DNA from: Microcystis aeruginosa NIES-2549
GTDB taxonomy: Bacteria; Cyanobacteriota; Cyanobacteriia; Cyanobacteriales; Microcystaceae
Length of the DNA: 32,000 bases
NCBI RefSeq assembly: GCF_000981785.2
Contig: NZ_CP011304.1
Location: forward strand, 4,020,001 to 4,052,000
Reading direction: 5' to 3'
A program made the translations under genes and the position numbers. Positions 1 through 7,141 of this stretch are shown one piece after another; positions within the stretch are counted from its first letter, which is position 1; each line of letters begins with the position of its first letter. The notes under the pieces are model-generated. The model ran no database searches. It was not told where the DNA came from and saw nothing but the letters and a program-made list of their open reading frames with translations.

Positions 1-206
1 CCGTGATCCCGGAGAATATCTTTATGATCGTAGAGACTATTATCGGATAACTCGGAAAAACCGACCATTTCCAGGGATTCTCGCGGAGAACGACTCGATT
101 TATCCCCAGCTAGGATAGCAATTTGCCGGCTGAGGCTTTCGACAATATCCTGTAGGTGATCGACTTTCCGATCAAGACTGATAATCTGTTGTTGTAGTCC
201 ATTCAT
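1..206 (-). CDS. hypothetical protein, N-terminal part only (gene runs off the left edge)
   Basis: ATG at 206-204 on the minus strand, followed by 68 stop-free codons to the window edge (MNGLQQQIISLDRKVDHLQDIVESLSRQIAIL...). The N-terminus looks coiled-coil. It is absent from the ORF track because it is edge-truncated. No family recognised. Confidence 0.35.
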   Translation of the reverse strand, partial: MNGLQQQIISLDRKVDHLQDIVESLSRQIAILAGDKSSRSPRESLEMVGFSELSDNSLYDHKDILRDH

Positions 207-417
207 GCAATTACCTAGTAATTAAGGAGGTTTCCCCTCTATGCTAGGCTCTAGAAGAGATGGACTATAACAATTTATGATTGATTTAACGATCCCTTTA
301 CTGCCCTTAACTCATCTTAATATATTGCCCCGGTCAACCGGCTGCCCGCGATAGCACTTCTATCAGGAATTAAGGTAAGCTGTTGAGCAGTAAGCCTCGA
401 TTTTAAGGAACTAAATT

Positions 418-510
418 ATGTTTAAAAATTGGTCTTTCGATGATTGGATGAATCATATCCTTTTTCTGGCTACAATTGTGGCTTTGCTGACGATTTGGCT
501 GGGTAGATAA
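418..510 (+). CDS. possible 30-aa single-TM micropeptide (MFKNWSFDDWMNHILFLATIVALLTIWLGR)
   Basis: ATG..TAA ORF read by hand, with a hydrophobic helix in its C-terminal half. No recognisable family and no clear RBS. Confidence 0.2.
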   Translation: MFKNWSFDDWMNHILFLATIVALLTIWLGR

Positions 511-772
511 TTAAAAACTATTTTTCTTTCCTTGCTTTACCGAAAATTTGGGGTTAAGGTTCCCCGTCCATTTTACGGCTCTCTTAGGTTTGGTGGGTAA
601 AATGTACTCTAAGATACAGTCCTGCTGGCGAGGGAGTGGAACGAACCACAAAGGCACAAAGGACACAAAGATTGATCGCTCCTATATCAGTTAAACTGAT
701 CACACAAAGAAGAAGAGAGCCATTTTACGGCAGGGAGTGTCAAAATAAGAAACAAAACCTTCAGCGATTAAT

Positions 773-1966
773 ATGACTGACTCAAGCCCAAAAATTTGTA
801 TTCTCGGTGGTGGTTTTGGTGGACTCTATACTGCTTTACGTTTGAGTCAATTGCCTTGGCAAGATCAACACCCCCCCCAAATTACCTTAATTGATAAAAA
901 CGATCGCTTTTTATTTTCTCCCCTTCTCTACGAATTAGTCACCTCAGAACTACAATCTTGGGAAATTGCTCCCCCTTTCAGCGAATTACTCGCTAATACC
1001 CCCGTTGACTTCCAACAGGGAACCGTCACGGCGATCGATGTTAATAATCATAAAATAACCCTTGACAATCAAAACGATATATGCTATGACCGCCTCGTCA
1101 TCGCCCTCGGTGGTCAATCTTCCCTTGACTTCCTACCCGGGGCCAGAACCCACGCTATCCCCTTTCGTAGTCTAGAGGATGCCTATCGTCTTCGGGATCG
1201 ACTCAAAACCCTAGAACAATCCGATCGCGATAAAATTCGGGTCGCCATTATCGGGGGCGGTTATAGCGGCGTAGAATTAGCCTGTAAGCTGGCCGATCGT
1301 CTCGGAGAAAGGGGAAGAATTCGTCTGATCGAAAGAAATAGCGATATACTTGGCCCTTCAACCCAATTTAACCGCGACACCGCCAAAAAAGCCCTAGAAA
1401 AACGTCTGGTTTGGTTAGACCTCGAAACCACCGTCGCCGACATCCAAGCGGATCGCCTCTCCCTTGACTACAAGGGACAGATAGACAATATCCCCGTTGA
1501 TCTAATTCTCTGGACCGTTAGTCCGATCGCCTCTCCACTGATCGCTAATTTGCCACTAGCACATAATGAGCGCAAATTACTAAAAGTTAATCAATATTTA
1601 CAAACTGTCGAAAACCCCAGCATCTACGCGATTGGCGATGCGGCCGATGGTCGCGACCAAGAGGATAAACCCTACGCTGCCACGGCCCAGGTCGCCCTTC
1701 AACAGTCCGACTACTGCGCTTGGAATATTTGGGCGAGTTTCCACGATAAACCGGCTTTGCCCTTCCGTTATCAACCTTTAGGCGAAATGTTGACCCTCGG
1801 AGTCGATGAAGCTACCATTAGCGGTTTAGGACTAGAATTAGCCGGTCCCCTTGCCCATCTTACCCGTCGCTTAGTCTATCTCTACCGTCTGCCCACCCTT
1901 AACCATCAAATCGCCGTAGCATTCAACTGGATTACCCAACCCCTTCTATCCCTCATTTCTGAGTAG
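773..1966 (+). CDS. ndbB: type II NADH dehydrogenase (NDH-2) family FAD/NAD(P)-dependent oxidoreductase
   Basis: N-terminal ICILGGGFGGLYTA and second IIGGGYSGVELA dinucleotide-binding GxGxxG motifs, plus a C-terminal IYAIGDAA motif. The 397-aa length matches cyanobacterial NdbB-type enzymes; the symbol is tentative. Confidence 0.8.
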   Translation: MTDSSPKICILGGGFGGLYTALRLSQLPWQDQHPPQITLIDKNDRFLFSPLLYELVTSELQSWEIAPPFSELLANTPVDFQQGTVTAIDVNNHKITLDNQNDICYDRLVIALGGQSSLDFLPGARTHAIPFRSLEDAYRLRDRLKTLEQSDRDKIRVAIIGGGYSGVELACKLADRLGERGRIRLIERNSDILGPSTQFNRDTAKKALEKRLVWLDLETTVADIQADRLSLDYKGQIDNIPVDLILWTVSPIASPLIANLPLAHNERKLLKVNQYLQTVENPSIYAIGDAADGRDQEDKPYAATAQVALQQSDYCAWNIWASFHDKPALPFRYQPLGEMLTLGVDEATISGLGLELAGPLAHLTRRLVYLYRLPTLNHQIAVAFNWITQPLLSLISE

Positions 1967-2365
1967 CGAGTTCAGATATTCCTCCACTAACAAACTATCT
2001 CGATCGGTCAATTCCTGACCATCGAGACGATTTAAAAGCATTACTGCGCCAAATAACTGATTATTAACCCTAATTGGCACAGCTAAAGCCGTTTTTATCC
2101 CCAAAGCGACCGCTATATCCTGACGGATGCGATTATCTCCGAGAGTTTGTCCCACCACCACCGGACAACTATCCCGGTAAACCACCGTACACAATCCCGA
2201 CGTGGCAATATCACCCCTTTTGCCCACAATTGCCCCGGTGTTTTTACCCGCACCCGCCCGATAATAAATACTATCACCGTCAAATTCGGCAATGATAACC
2301 GTTTCTGTTGGAATTAAACCTAAAATTTCTTCAGCAATGCGATCGAGATTAGTTAATTTTTCCAT
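1946..2365 (-). CDS. small GAF-domain-like protein
   Basis: 139-aa ORF with coding-like composition, convergent with ndbB and overlapping it by 21 nt. The single-domain GAF-like pattern (..YYRAGAGK..SGLC..VAVPI..GAVMLLN) is recognised only weakly. Confidence 0.5.
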   Translation of the reverse strand: MEKLTNLDRIAEEILGLIPTETVIIAEFDGDSIYYRAGAGKNTGAIVGKRGDIATSGLCTVVYRDSCPVVVGQTLGDNRIRQDIAVALGIKTALAVPIRVNNQLFGAVMLLNRLDGQELTDRDSLLVEEYLNSLLRNEG

Positions 2366-2399
2366 AATGGGTTAGGGGTTGAGGAAATAGAGTGTTATA

Positions 2400-2680
2400 C
2401 TCAAAAAAACAGCGATTCATTAACTTTAGTCTATAGTTTGTGAACTGAAGTCACTAACCCCGCCCTAAAAGGGACGGGGTTTGCCTAAACCAATTTAGGC
2501 GACGCAAGTAGAGACTACCGCATCGAGACACAATCTGGCACAGACTTCCGAATACTTCCCTAGTTCGGATTACCTCTCAGCTTTATTGGTAAAGCGTTGT
2601 TAGACAAGACATCTTGATTGTGTTGCGGTAAGGGACTTTAACTTCACTCTTAAGGATTATCTCCATGGCAAGAGTTCCTG
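2400..2680 (+). ncRNA. candidate omega-RNA (HEARO-like) scaffold of the IsrB gene; 5' boundary approximate
   Basis: About 265 nt of non-coding leader lies directly 5' of the IsrB ORF and runs into it, which is the known IscB/IsrB omega-RNA position. Hand-checked pairings: hairpin 2458-2479 (CCCCGCCC/GGGACGGGG), hairpin 2483-2500 (GCCTAAA/TTTAGGC), hairpin 2547-2569 (TCCGAA/TTCGGA) and long-range 2528-2535 (ACACAATC) with 2616-2623 (GATTGTGT). Confidence 0.55.
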
Positions 2681-3762
2681 TTATCTCAAAAGACGGAAAA
2701 CCGTTAATGCCCACCAAACCCAGTCGGGCTAGACGGTGGATTAAGGAAGGAAAAGCTATCGGTAAATTCAACGACTTAGGTATTTTCTATGTCCAGCTAA
2801 CCGATGAACCTTCCGATAGTAAAACCCAACCGATTGCCATTGGTATTGACCCGGGTAAATTATTTTCGGGAATTGGCGTTCAATCCTCTCTTTTTACTCT
2901 TTGGAAGGCTCACTTAGAACTTCCTTTTAAACGAGTAAAAGAGCGGATGGACAATCGGTGCTTAATGCGAAGAGGACGTAGAGGAAGACGGATTAACCGC
3001 CAACTTCCTTTTAATCTAAGAGCGCATCGACAAAAACGATTTTCAAATAGAAGAACAGGAAAATTAGCTCCCTCAATCAGAGCTAATCGTCAACTTGAAC
3101 TTCGAGTCGTTTCCGAACTAACCAAAATCTATCCAATTACCGATATTTATTTTGAGTACATCAAAGCCGATATTGATATAACTTCTGGTAGAAAAGGAGC
3201 TAAGTCTGGAAAAGGTTTCTCGTCGGTTATGGTCGGACAAAAATGGGCTATTGAGCAACTGTCTCAATTGGCAACAGTCCATACTCGCTTTGGTTGGCAA
3301 ACCTCTAATCTCAGAAAGTATTTGCGACTAGAAAAGTCCAAAAATAAAGCAGAACAATCACCCGAAAGTCATGCTAACGATGGAATTGCTCTTGCCTGTT
3401 TTCAGTTTTTAGATTATTGGCCATTTCACAATTCTAATGGTCATGGATATGATTGGAAGGGTTCTGTTAAAGTAACAAACGCTCCCTTTGCTGTCATCAA
3501 ACGTCCTCCTGTTAGTCGTCGTCAACTTCACCTGATGGTTTTTTCTAAGGGTGGTAAACGACGTAAATATGGTGGCTCTACCACAAGACATGGGTTCCGT
3601 AAAGGAGATTTAGTTTCTTCTCCCAAAGGGATTGGTTATGTAAGTGGAGATACCGAAAAACAGCTATCTGTAAGCGATACCAGTTGGAAACGATTGGGAC
3701 AGATAGCTGTTAGTAAGATTCAGTTAATTCGTCGTTCTAACGGTTTAATTGTTTCTCGCTAA
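2665..3762 (+). CDS. isrB: IsrB-type OMEGA RNA-guided nickase (IscB homologue lacking the HNH insert)
   Basis: N-terminal PLMP domain (VISKDGKPLMPTKPSRARRWIKEGKA), RuvC-I IGID62PG and an Arg-rich bridge helix (RRGRRGRRINRQ..RAHRQKRFSNRR..LAPSIRANR). RuvC-II is YFE164YIK and RuvC-III is SH236AND239GIA. The C-terminal GFRKGDLV..GIGYVSG resembles a TAM/target-interaction domain. There is no CxxC/HNH zinc motif, and the 365-aa size fits IsrB. Confidence 0.8.
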   Translation: MARVPVISKDGKPLMPTKPSRARRWIKEGKAIGKFNDLGIFYVQLTDEPSDSKTQPIAIGIDPGKLFSGIGVQSSLFTLWKAHLELPFKRVKERMDNRCLMRRGRRGRRINRQLPFNLRAHRQKRFSNRRTGKLAPSIRANRQLELRVVSELTKIYPITDIYFEYIKADIDITSGRKGAKSGKGFSSVMVGQKWAIEQLSQLATVHTRFGWQTSNLRKYLRLEKSKNKAEQSPESHANDGIALACFQFLDYWPFHNSNGHGYDWKGSVKVTNAPFAVIKRPPVSRRQLHLMVFSKGGKRRKYGGSTTRHGFRKGDLVSSPKGIGYVSGDTEKQLSVSDTSWKRLGQIAVSKIQLIRRSNGLIVSR

Positions 3763-3821
3763 CTCATATAAAGCTGCCCTCCGCTATCGCTAAAGGGCGG
3801 GGTTTCAGACCCATTTTTTCG

Positions 3822-5156
3822 ATGAAAGATAACACCCCCAGAGTAACAAGTCTCAAATCTTATCTTCAGCATTTGCCTCAAGATGCGTCGGAAGCGATCG
3901 TTAGCACCAACTTTGCACCTTACCTGATATCATATTTAGGATTTTCAACCACGGAGATAATTCCACAGTACGACACGGGAGGCGGTGGGATTACCGACTT
4001 TGCCACTCGGAGAAACCTAGAAAACGATATTTTTTTGCAGACAAAGAGTAATCCTTTTCTGCTAATAGAGTTAAAAGGTAGAGATATTAACCTAACTGAA
4101 AATAGTCCAAGTTATAAGGCAACTGTCAATCAGTTAAAGCGTCAGTTATTAGGGAATAACTGTAAAGCAGCCCAATGGGGAATTATCACTAACGGTTCAC
4201 ACATCCAGTTATTTAGAAAACATGGTAAAATCATTTTTCCTGCCACTACTTGCATAGCAATAACTCCTGAGAACATTGATGAGACCGTAGCTCGGATCAA
4301 GACAAAAATTGACAATACTCCCAAAGCATTAACGGTTACTGTTTACAATAATAAAGGCGGTGTAGGCAAAACCACCACAACCGTAAATCTTGCCGCTTTC
4401 CTTGCCTTTTTAGGTAAAAAAGTTTTAGTTTTAGACTTTGATTTTAATCAACGAGATTTAACTAAATCTATCCTAAATATAAACCCAGAAGATGGCCTAC
4501 TAGAAAAGGCTTTAACTGATCGCAATATTGATCTAAAATCAGTGATTATTCCCTATACTTTTAAGAATCCAAAACGACAAATTACCTTCGACGTTGTTCC
4601 TGCTGATCCTAAAATGGCAGACTATCCGGACTTTCAGTATAATTCTCAAATGAAAATATTCACTCTCCATAGAAAATTAGACTTAGCTAGATATGAATAT
4701 GATTACATCTTTATAGATGCAGCTCCCAATTGGCGATTTCCTAGCCAGCTGGCTGTTTATGCTGCTGATGTTGTCCTCTTACCCACAAAACATAACAATT
4801 CATTCTCCCTTCATAATGCAGCTATTGCCATCAAGGAGTTTCTGCCGCCAATGCAAAAATTAAAAAAAGATGGGACTCCCATAGCCTTACCAATTTTTTT
4901 CAACGGTGAGAAGATTACTCAACCACAGTTAGAGATTGCCCAAAAAGAAATTAATCAAATACTAAAAAATGACAAAAACCTTGTACACTATTTTTATCCC
5001 AAATACACTCCTGCCAGTAAAAATTCACATATTCATCACCTGCCAGAATACGCTATTATAGCCAGTGCTGCTTTCGCTCGCGTGCCGGCCGTTTATAAAC
5101 ATATTTCCGTTTATGAGTATTACAAAGACTTAGCAAAGGAGTATTTTTTACAATGA
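3822..5156 (+). CDS. fusion protein: N-terminal HsdR-N-like PD-(D/E)xK nuclease-fold domain plus C-terminal ParA/Soj-type deviant Walker ATPase
   Basis: Residues 1-165 carry D59 (GITDFATR), E83-x-K85 (LLIELKGRD) and the QWGIITNGSHIQLF (TNG) motif. Residues 168-444 carry K178GGVGK183TTT (signature lysine present), VLVLDFDFNQRD and YIFIDAAPN (Walker B). There is a 4-nt ATGA overlap with the next gene. Confidence 0.8.
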   Translation: MKDNTPRVTSLKSYLQHLPQDASEAIVSTNFAPYLISYLGFSTTEIIPQYDTGGGGITDFATRRNLENDIFLQTKSNPFLLIELKGRDINLTENSPSYKATVNQLKRQLLGNNCKAAQWGIITNGSHIQLFRKHGKIIFPATTCIAITPENIDETVARIKTKIDNTPKALTVTVYNNKGGVGKTTTTVNLAAFLAFLGKKVLVLDFDFNQRDLTKSILNINPEDGLLEKALTDRNIDLKSVIIPYTFKNPKRQITFDVVPADPKMADYPDFQYNSQMKIFTLHRKLDLARYEYDYIFIDAAPNWRFPSQLAVYAADVVLLPTKHNNSFSLHNAAIAIKEFLPPMQKLKKDGTPIALPIFFNGEKITQPQLEIAQKEINQILKNDKNLVHYFYPKYTPASKNSHIHHLPEYAIIASAAFARVPAVYKHISVYEYYKDLAKEYFLQ

Positions 5157-5845
5157 TGGAATATACCGATATTGGTACTTTGAAGTATCTCTACTTAGAT
5201 GAAATAGAAATTACCAATGGGACCGATGCTGATAGTTTTTTAATTGAAGTTGCTGCCAAACTATTACAGCAGACAGGTGGACGCAATTGGCTGCCTGTAA
5301 TCGTCAAAGAACTATCAGAGGATCGCTATGAAGTTATCGGCAACTCATTTGTTTATGCTGTGGCTGAAAGGGCTGGACTAGAAAGAATTTGGTGTATTAT
5401 TGCCGATGGAACAGAAGATGCTAGGAATATATCCAGAGTTTTGGCAAGAGAAGAAACCCCAAAACTAAATCTTTCAACAGCTTCAAGAGAAGAAATTAAA
5501 TCTGCTTTACAGTTCTTAATTGAACAACCGAATAGCCCCCTAAAAACAGTTAAATTAGCTACTGCTACTGCTAGGATTGATGAAGCTCCCCGTCAATTCT
5601 GGAAGAGTTTAGATTCAATTGTTGCCCTCAAGTGTGGAATTACAAAAGGGAAGGGATTAGATTTACTCAAAACTGTCTTTTATCTCACTCCTGAATCTCA
5701 ACAAGATGCAGTGATTGAGGAATTTTCAGAAGAAACTCTCAAACTCAAGACTGTTTCCGAATTAAAGACTCTAGCCAAAGAAAAAGGAATCGTTGGTTTA
5801 AGCAAGATGAAGAAAGCAGAGCTAGTCAGAATATTAGCGCAATAA
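5153..5845 (+). CDS. ParB-N-terminal-like (ParB/Srx fold, arginine box degenerate) protein with C-terminal Rho_N/SAP-like motif
   Basis: WLPVIVKELSEDRYEVIGNSFVYAVAERAGLERIWCII resembles the ParB N-domain core, but GERRxR is replaced by GNSFVY. The C-terminus VSELKTLAKEKGIVGLSKMKKAELVRIL matches the Rho_N/SAP helix-extended-helix pattern. Translationally coupled to the upstream ATPase gene. Confidence 0.65.
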   Translation: MMEYTDIGTLKYLYLDEIEITNGTDADSFLIEVAAKLLQQTGGRNWLPVIVKELSEDRYEVIGNSFVYAVAERAGLERIWCIIADGTEDARNISRVLAREETPKLNLSTASREEIKSALQFLIEQPNSPLKTVKLATATARIDEAPRQFWKSLDSIVALKCGITKGKGLDLLKTVFYLTPESQQDAVIEEFSEETLKLKTVSELKTLAKEKGIVGLSKMKKAELVRILAQ

Positions 5846-5871
5846 GAAAAAGGAGTATGAATTATCAATTA

Positions 5872-5899
5872 GGAAGTGGGGAAGTGGGGAAGTGGGGAG
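5872..5899. repeat. tandem GAAGTGGGG x3 purine-rich repeat
   Basis: Read directly. Related GGAAGTGG runs occur at 6150-6162 and 17527-17575. Confidence 0.9.
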
Positions 5900-5927
5900 T
5901 ATTTTCAGTGAACAGTAAACAGTCGGG

Positions 5928-6019
5928 GTAGGGTTGATTCATGAATCAACCCTACCTTGAATCAACCCTACCTTGAATCAACCCTACCTTGAATCAACCC
6001 TACCTTGAATCAACCCTAG
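5928..6019. repeat. 28-bp perfect palindrome (5928-5955) continuing into 4.8 tandem copies of the 16-mer GAATCAACCCTACCTT (5943-6019)
   Basis: GTAGGGTTGATTCATGAATCAACCCTAC is self-complementary, and the 16-nt units were counted by hand. A related hairpin GTTGGGTT..AACCCAAC follows at about 6028-6052. Confidence 0.9.
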
Positions 6020-6125
6020 AACGTAGGTTGGGTTGAAGCATGAAACCCAACGCCCGATCATGTTAGGCTACCGCTAACCCATCCTACAAATAATTGTGCC
6101 TCCCTACTTATAACAAATCACTCCA

Positions 6126-6243
6126 GTATCAATTATGAATTATGAGTTAGGAAGTGGGAAGTATTTTCAGTGAACAGTAAACAGTAATCAGTGAACTGAA
6201 AACTCACATCTGATAACTGATAACTGATAACTGATAACTGATT
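6126..6243. repeat. composite dispersed repeat: GGAAGTGG block, then ATTTTCAGTGAACAGTAAACAGTAATCAGTGAACTGAAAACTCAC core, then (CTGATAA)n
   Basis: Near-identical composite at 17525-17650 and a truncated copy at 5855-5923. The heptamer array is at 6210-6243. Confidence 0.85.
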
Positions 6244-6268
6244 CAAGGCTGTCTCGGAGTCTCATGAC

Positions 6269-6985
6269 CTACCCTTTCAGCAATAAATCGCTAATTTCCG
6301 ACTGACAATGACCAATTAAACGATTAAGGGCTTTTTTTCCTTGTTTACCTTGATAATCTGAGCGATCGCTCTCAGTAATTCCATAGGGACGACCGATCGC
6401 CACCTTGACACGATGATAAAATACAACGGGATGCCAACCATCTTGATCGAATAAAGGTTCCGTGGTATCTAACCAGCGCAGCAAACGCACGGGAAAAGGA
6501 CTAATAACAGTTTCCGACTCGGAGAGAATAGCCACAGGTAAGACAAATAAATTCTCCACGGGACAACGCAGGGCTAAATGGGCAAATCCGCTCTGAAAAC
6601 GGCTAATTTGACGAGGAGCAGTCAAATTTAACATCGGCGATCCACCTTCTGGAAATAAACCGATCCATCGTCCGGACTGTAAAAAATCCGTTGCTTGCCG
6701 AAAAAAAGTCCGGTGGCGTTTTTCAGGGGTATCAAAGGGAAAACAGCCCAATTCTCCGATTAATTCCCGCAAAAGCGGCGTTTTTCCCATGTAGTGATGA
6801 CAGGCGATCGGGAGAGTTTTGCCCAAAGCTTGAATTAAGATCGGCGCGTCCAAAAAGCTGCGATGGTTACTTACCACGATCGCCACTCCTTGGCCGGGTA
6901 GATTTTCTTGACCGACGGTAAACAGACTCGTGCGCGTGGTATCAAGAATTAAACGAGAGGTGGATAGGGGGGTAAGCAGCTTCAT
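6269..6985 (-). CDS. 1-acyl-sn-glycerol-3-phosphate acyltransferase family (PlsC-like)
   Basis: NHRSFLD (HX4D acyltransferase motif) and FPEGG motif; 238 aa. Confidence 0.8.
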   Translation of the reverse strand: MKLLTPLSTSRLILDTTRTSLFTVGQENLPGQGVAIVVSNHRSFLDAPILIQALGKTLPIACHHYMGKTPLLRELIGELGCFPFDTPEKRHRTFFRQATDFLQSGRWIGLFPEGGSPMLNLTAPRQISRFQSGFAHLALRCPVENLFVLPVAILSESETVISPFPVRLLRWLDTTEPLFDQDGWHPVVFYHRVKVAIGRPYGITESDRSDYQGKQGKKALNRLIGHCQSEISDLLLKG

Positions 6986-7141
6986 GGAAAAAAAAAATCG
7001 GCCTTAAGATTGTTTTTATTGACTTAGACTACAACTAAAGGATAAAACAGAATTAGAGGATCATAAAATATAAGGGATTATGTCCCAATCATCTACGGAC
7101 CAGCCTCGGGGCAGCCTCGTCTATTTAAAAAAATAAATTTC

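Noticed and set aside
2074-2295. Pro-rich ORF on the + strand inside the GAF gene
   Set aside because: It is antisense to a better-supported ORF, and its composition is an artefact of the opposite-strand codons.
2583-2771. ORF 2583-2771 (-) across the IsrB start
   Set aside because: It overlaps the structured omega-RNA leader and the IsrB N-terminus on the opposite strand, with no support.
3822-5845. Interpreting the ParA/ParB-like pair as the chromosomal soj/spo0J partition locus
   Set aside because: The ATPase carries an extra N-terminal nuclease-fold domain. The ParB-like protein lacks the GERRxR box and a recognisable central HTH/dimerisation region. The locus is AT-rich and IS-adjacent, not next to origin-proximal genes. 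The accessory-module interpretation is kept as a finding instead.
6691-6921. ORF 6691-6921 (+) inside the plsC-like gene
   Set aside because: It is an antisense shadow ORF within a motif-supported acyltransferase gene.
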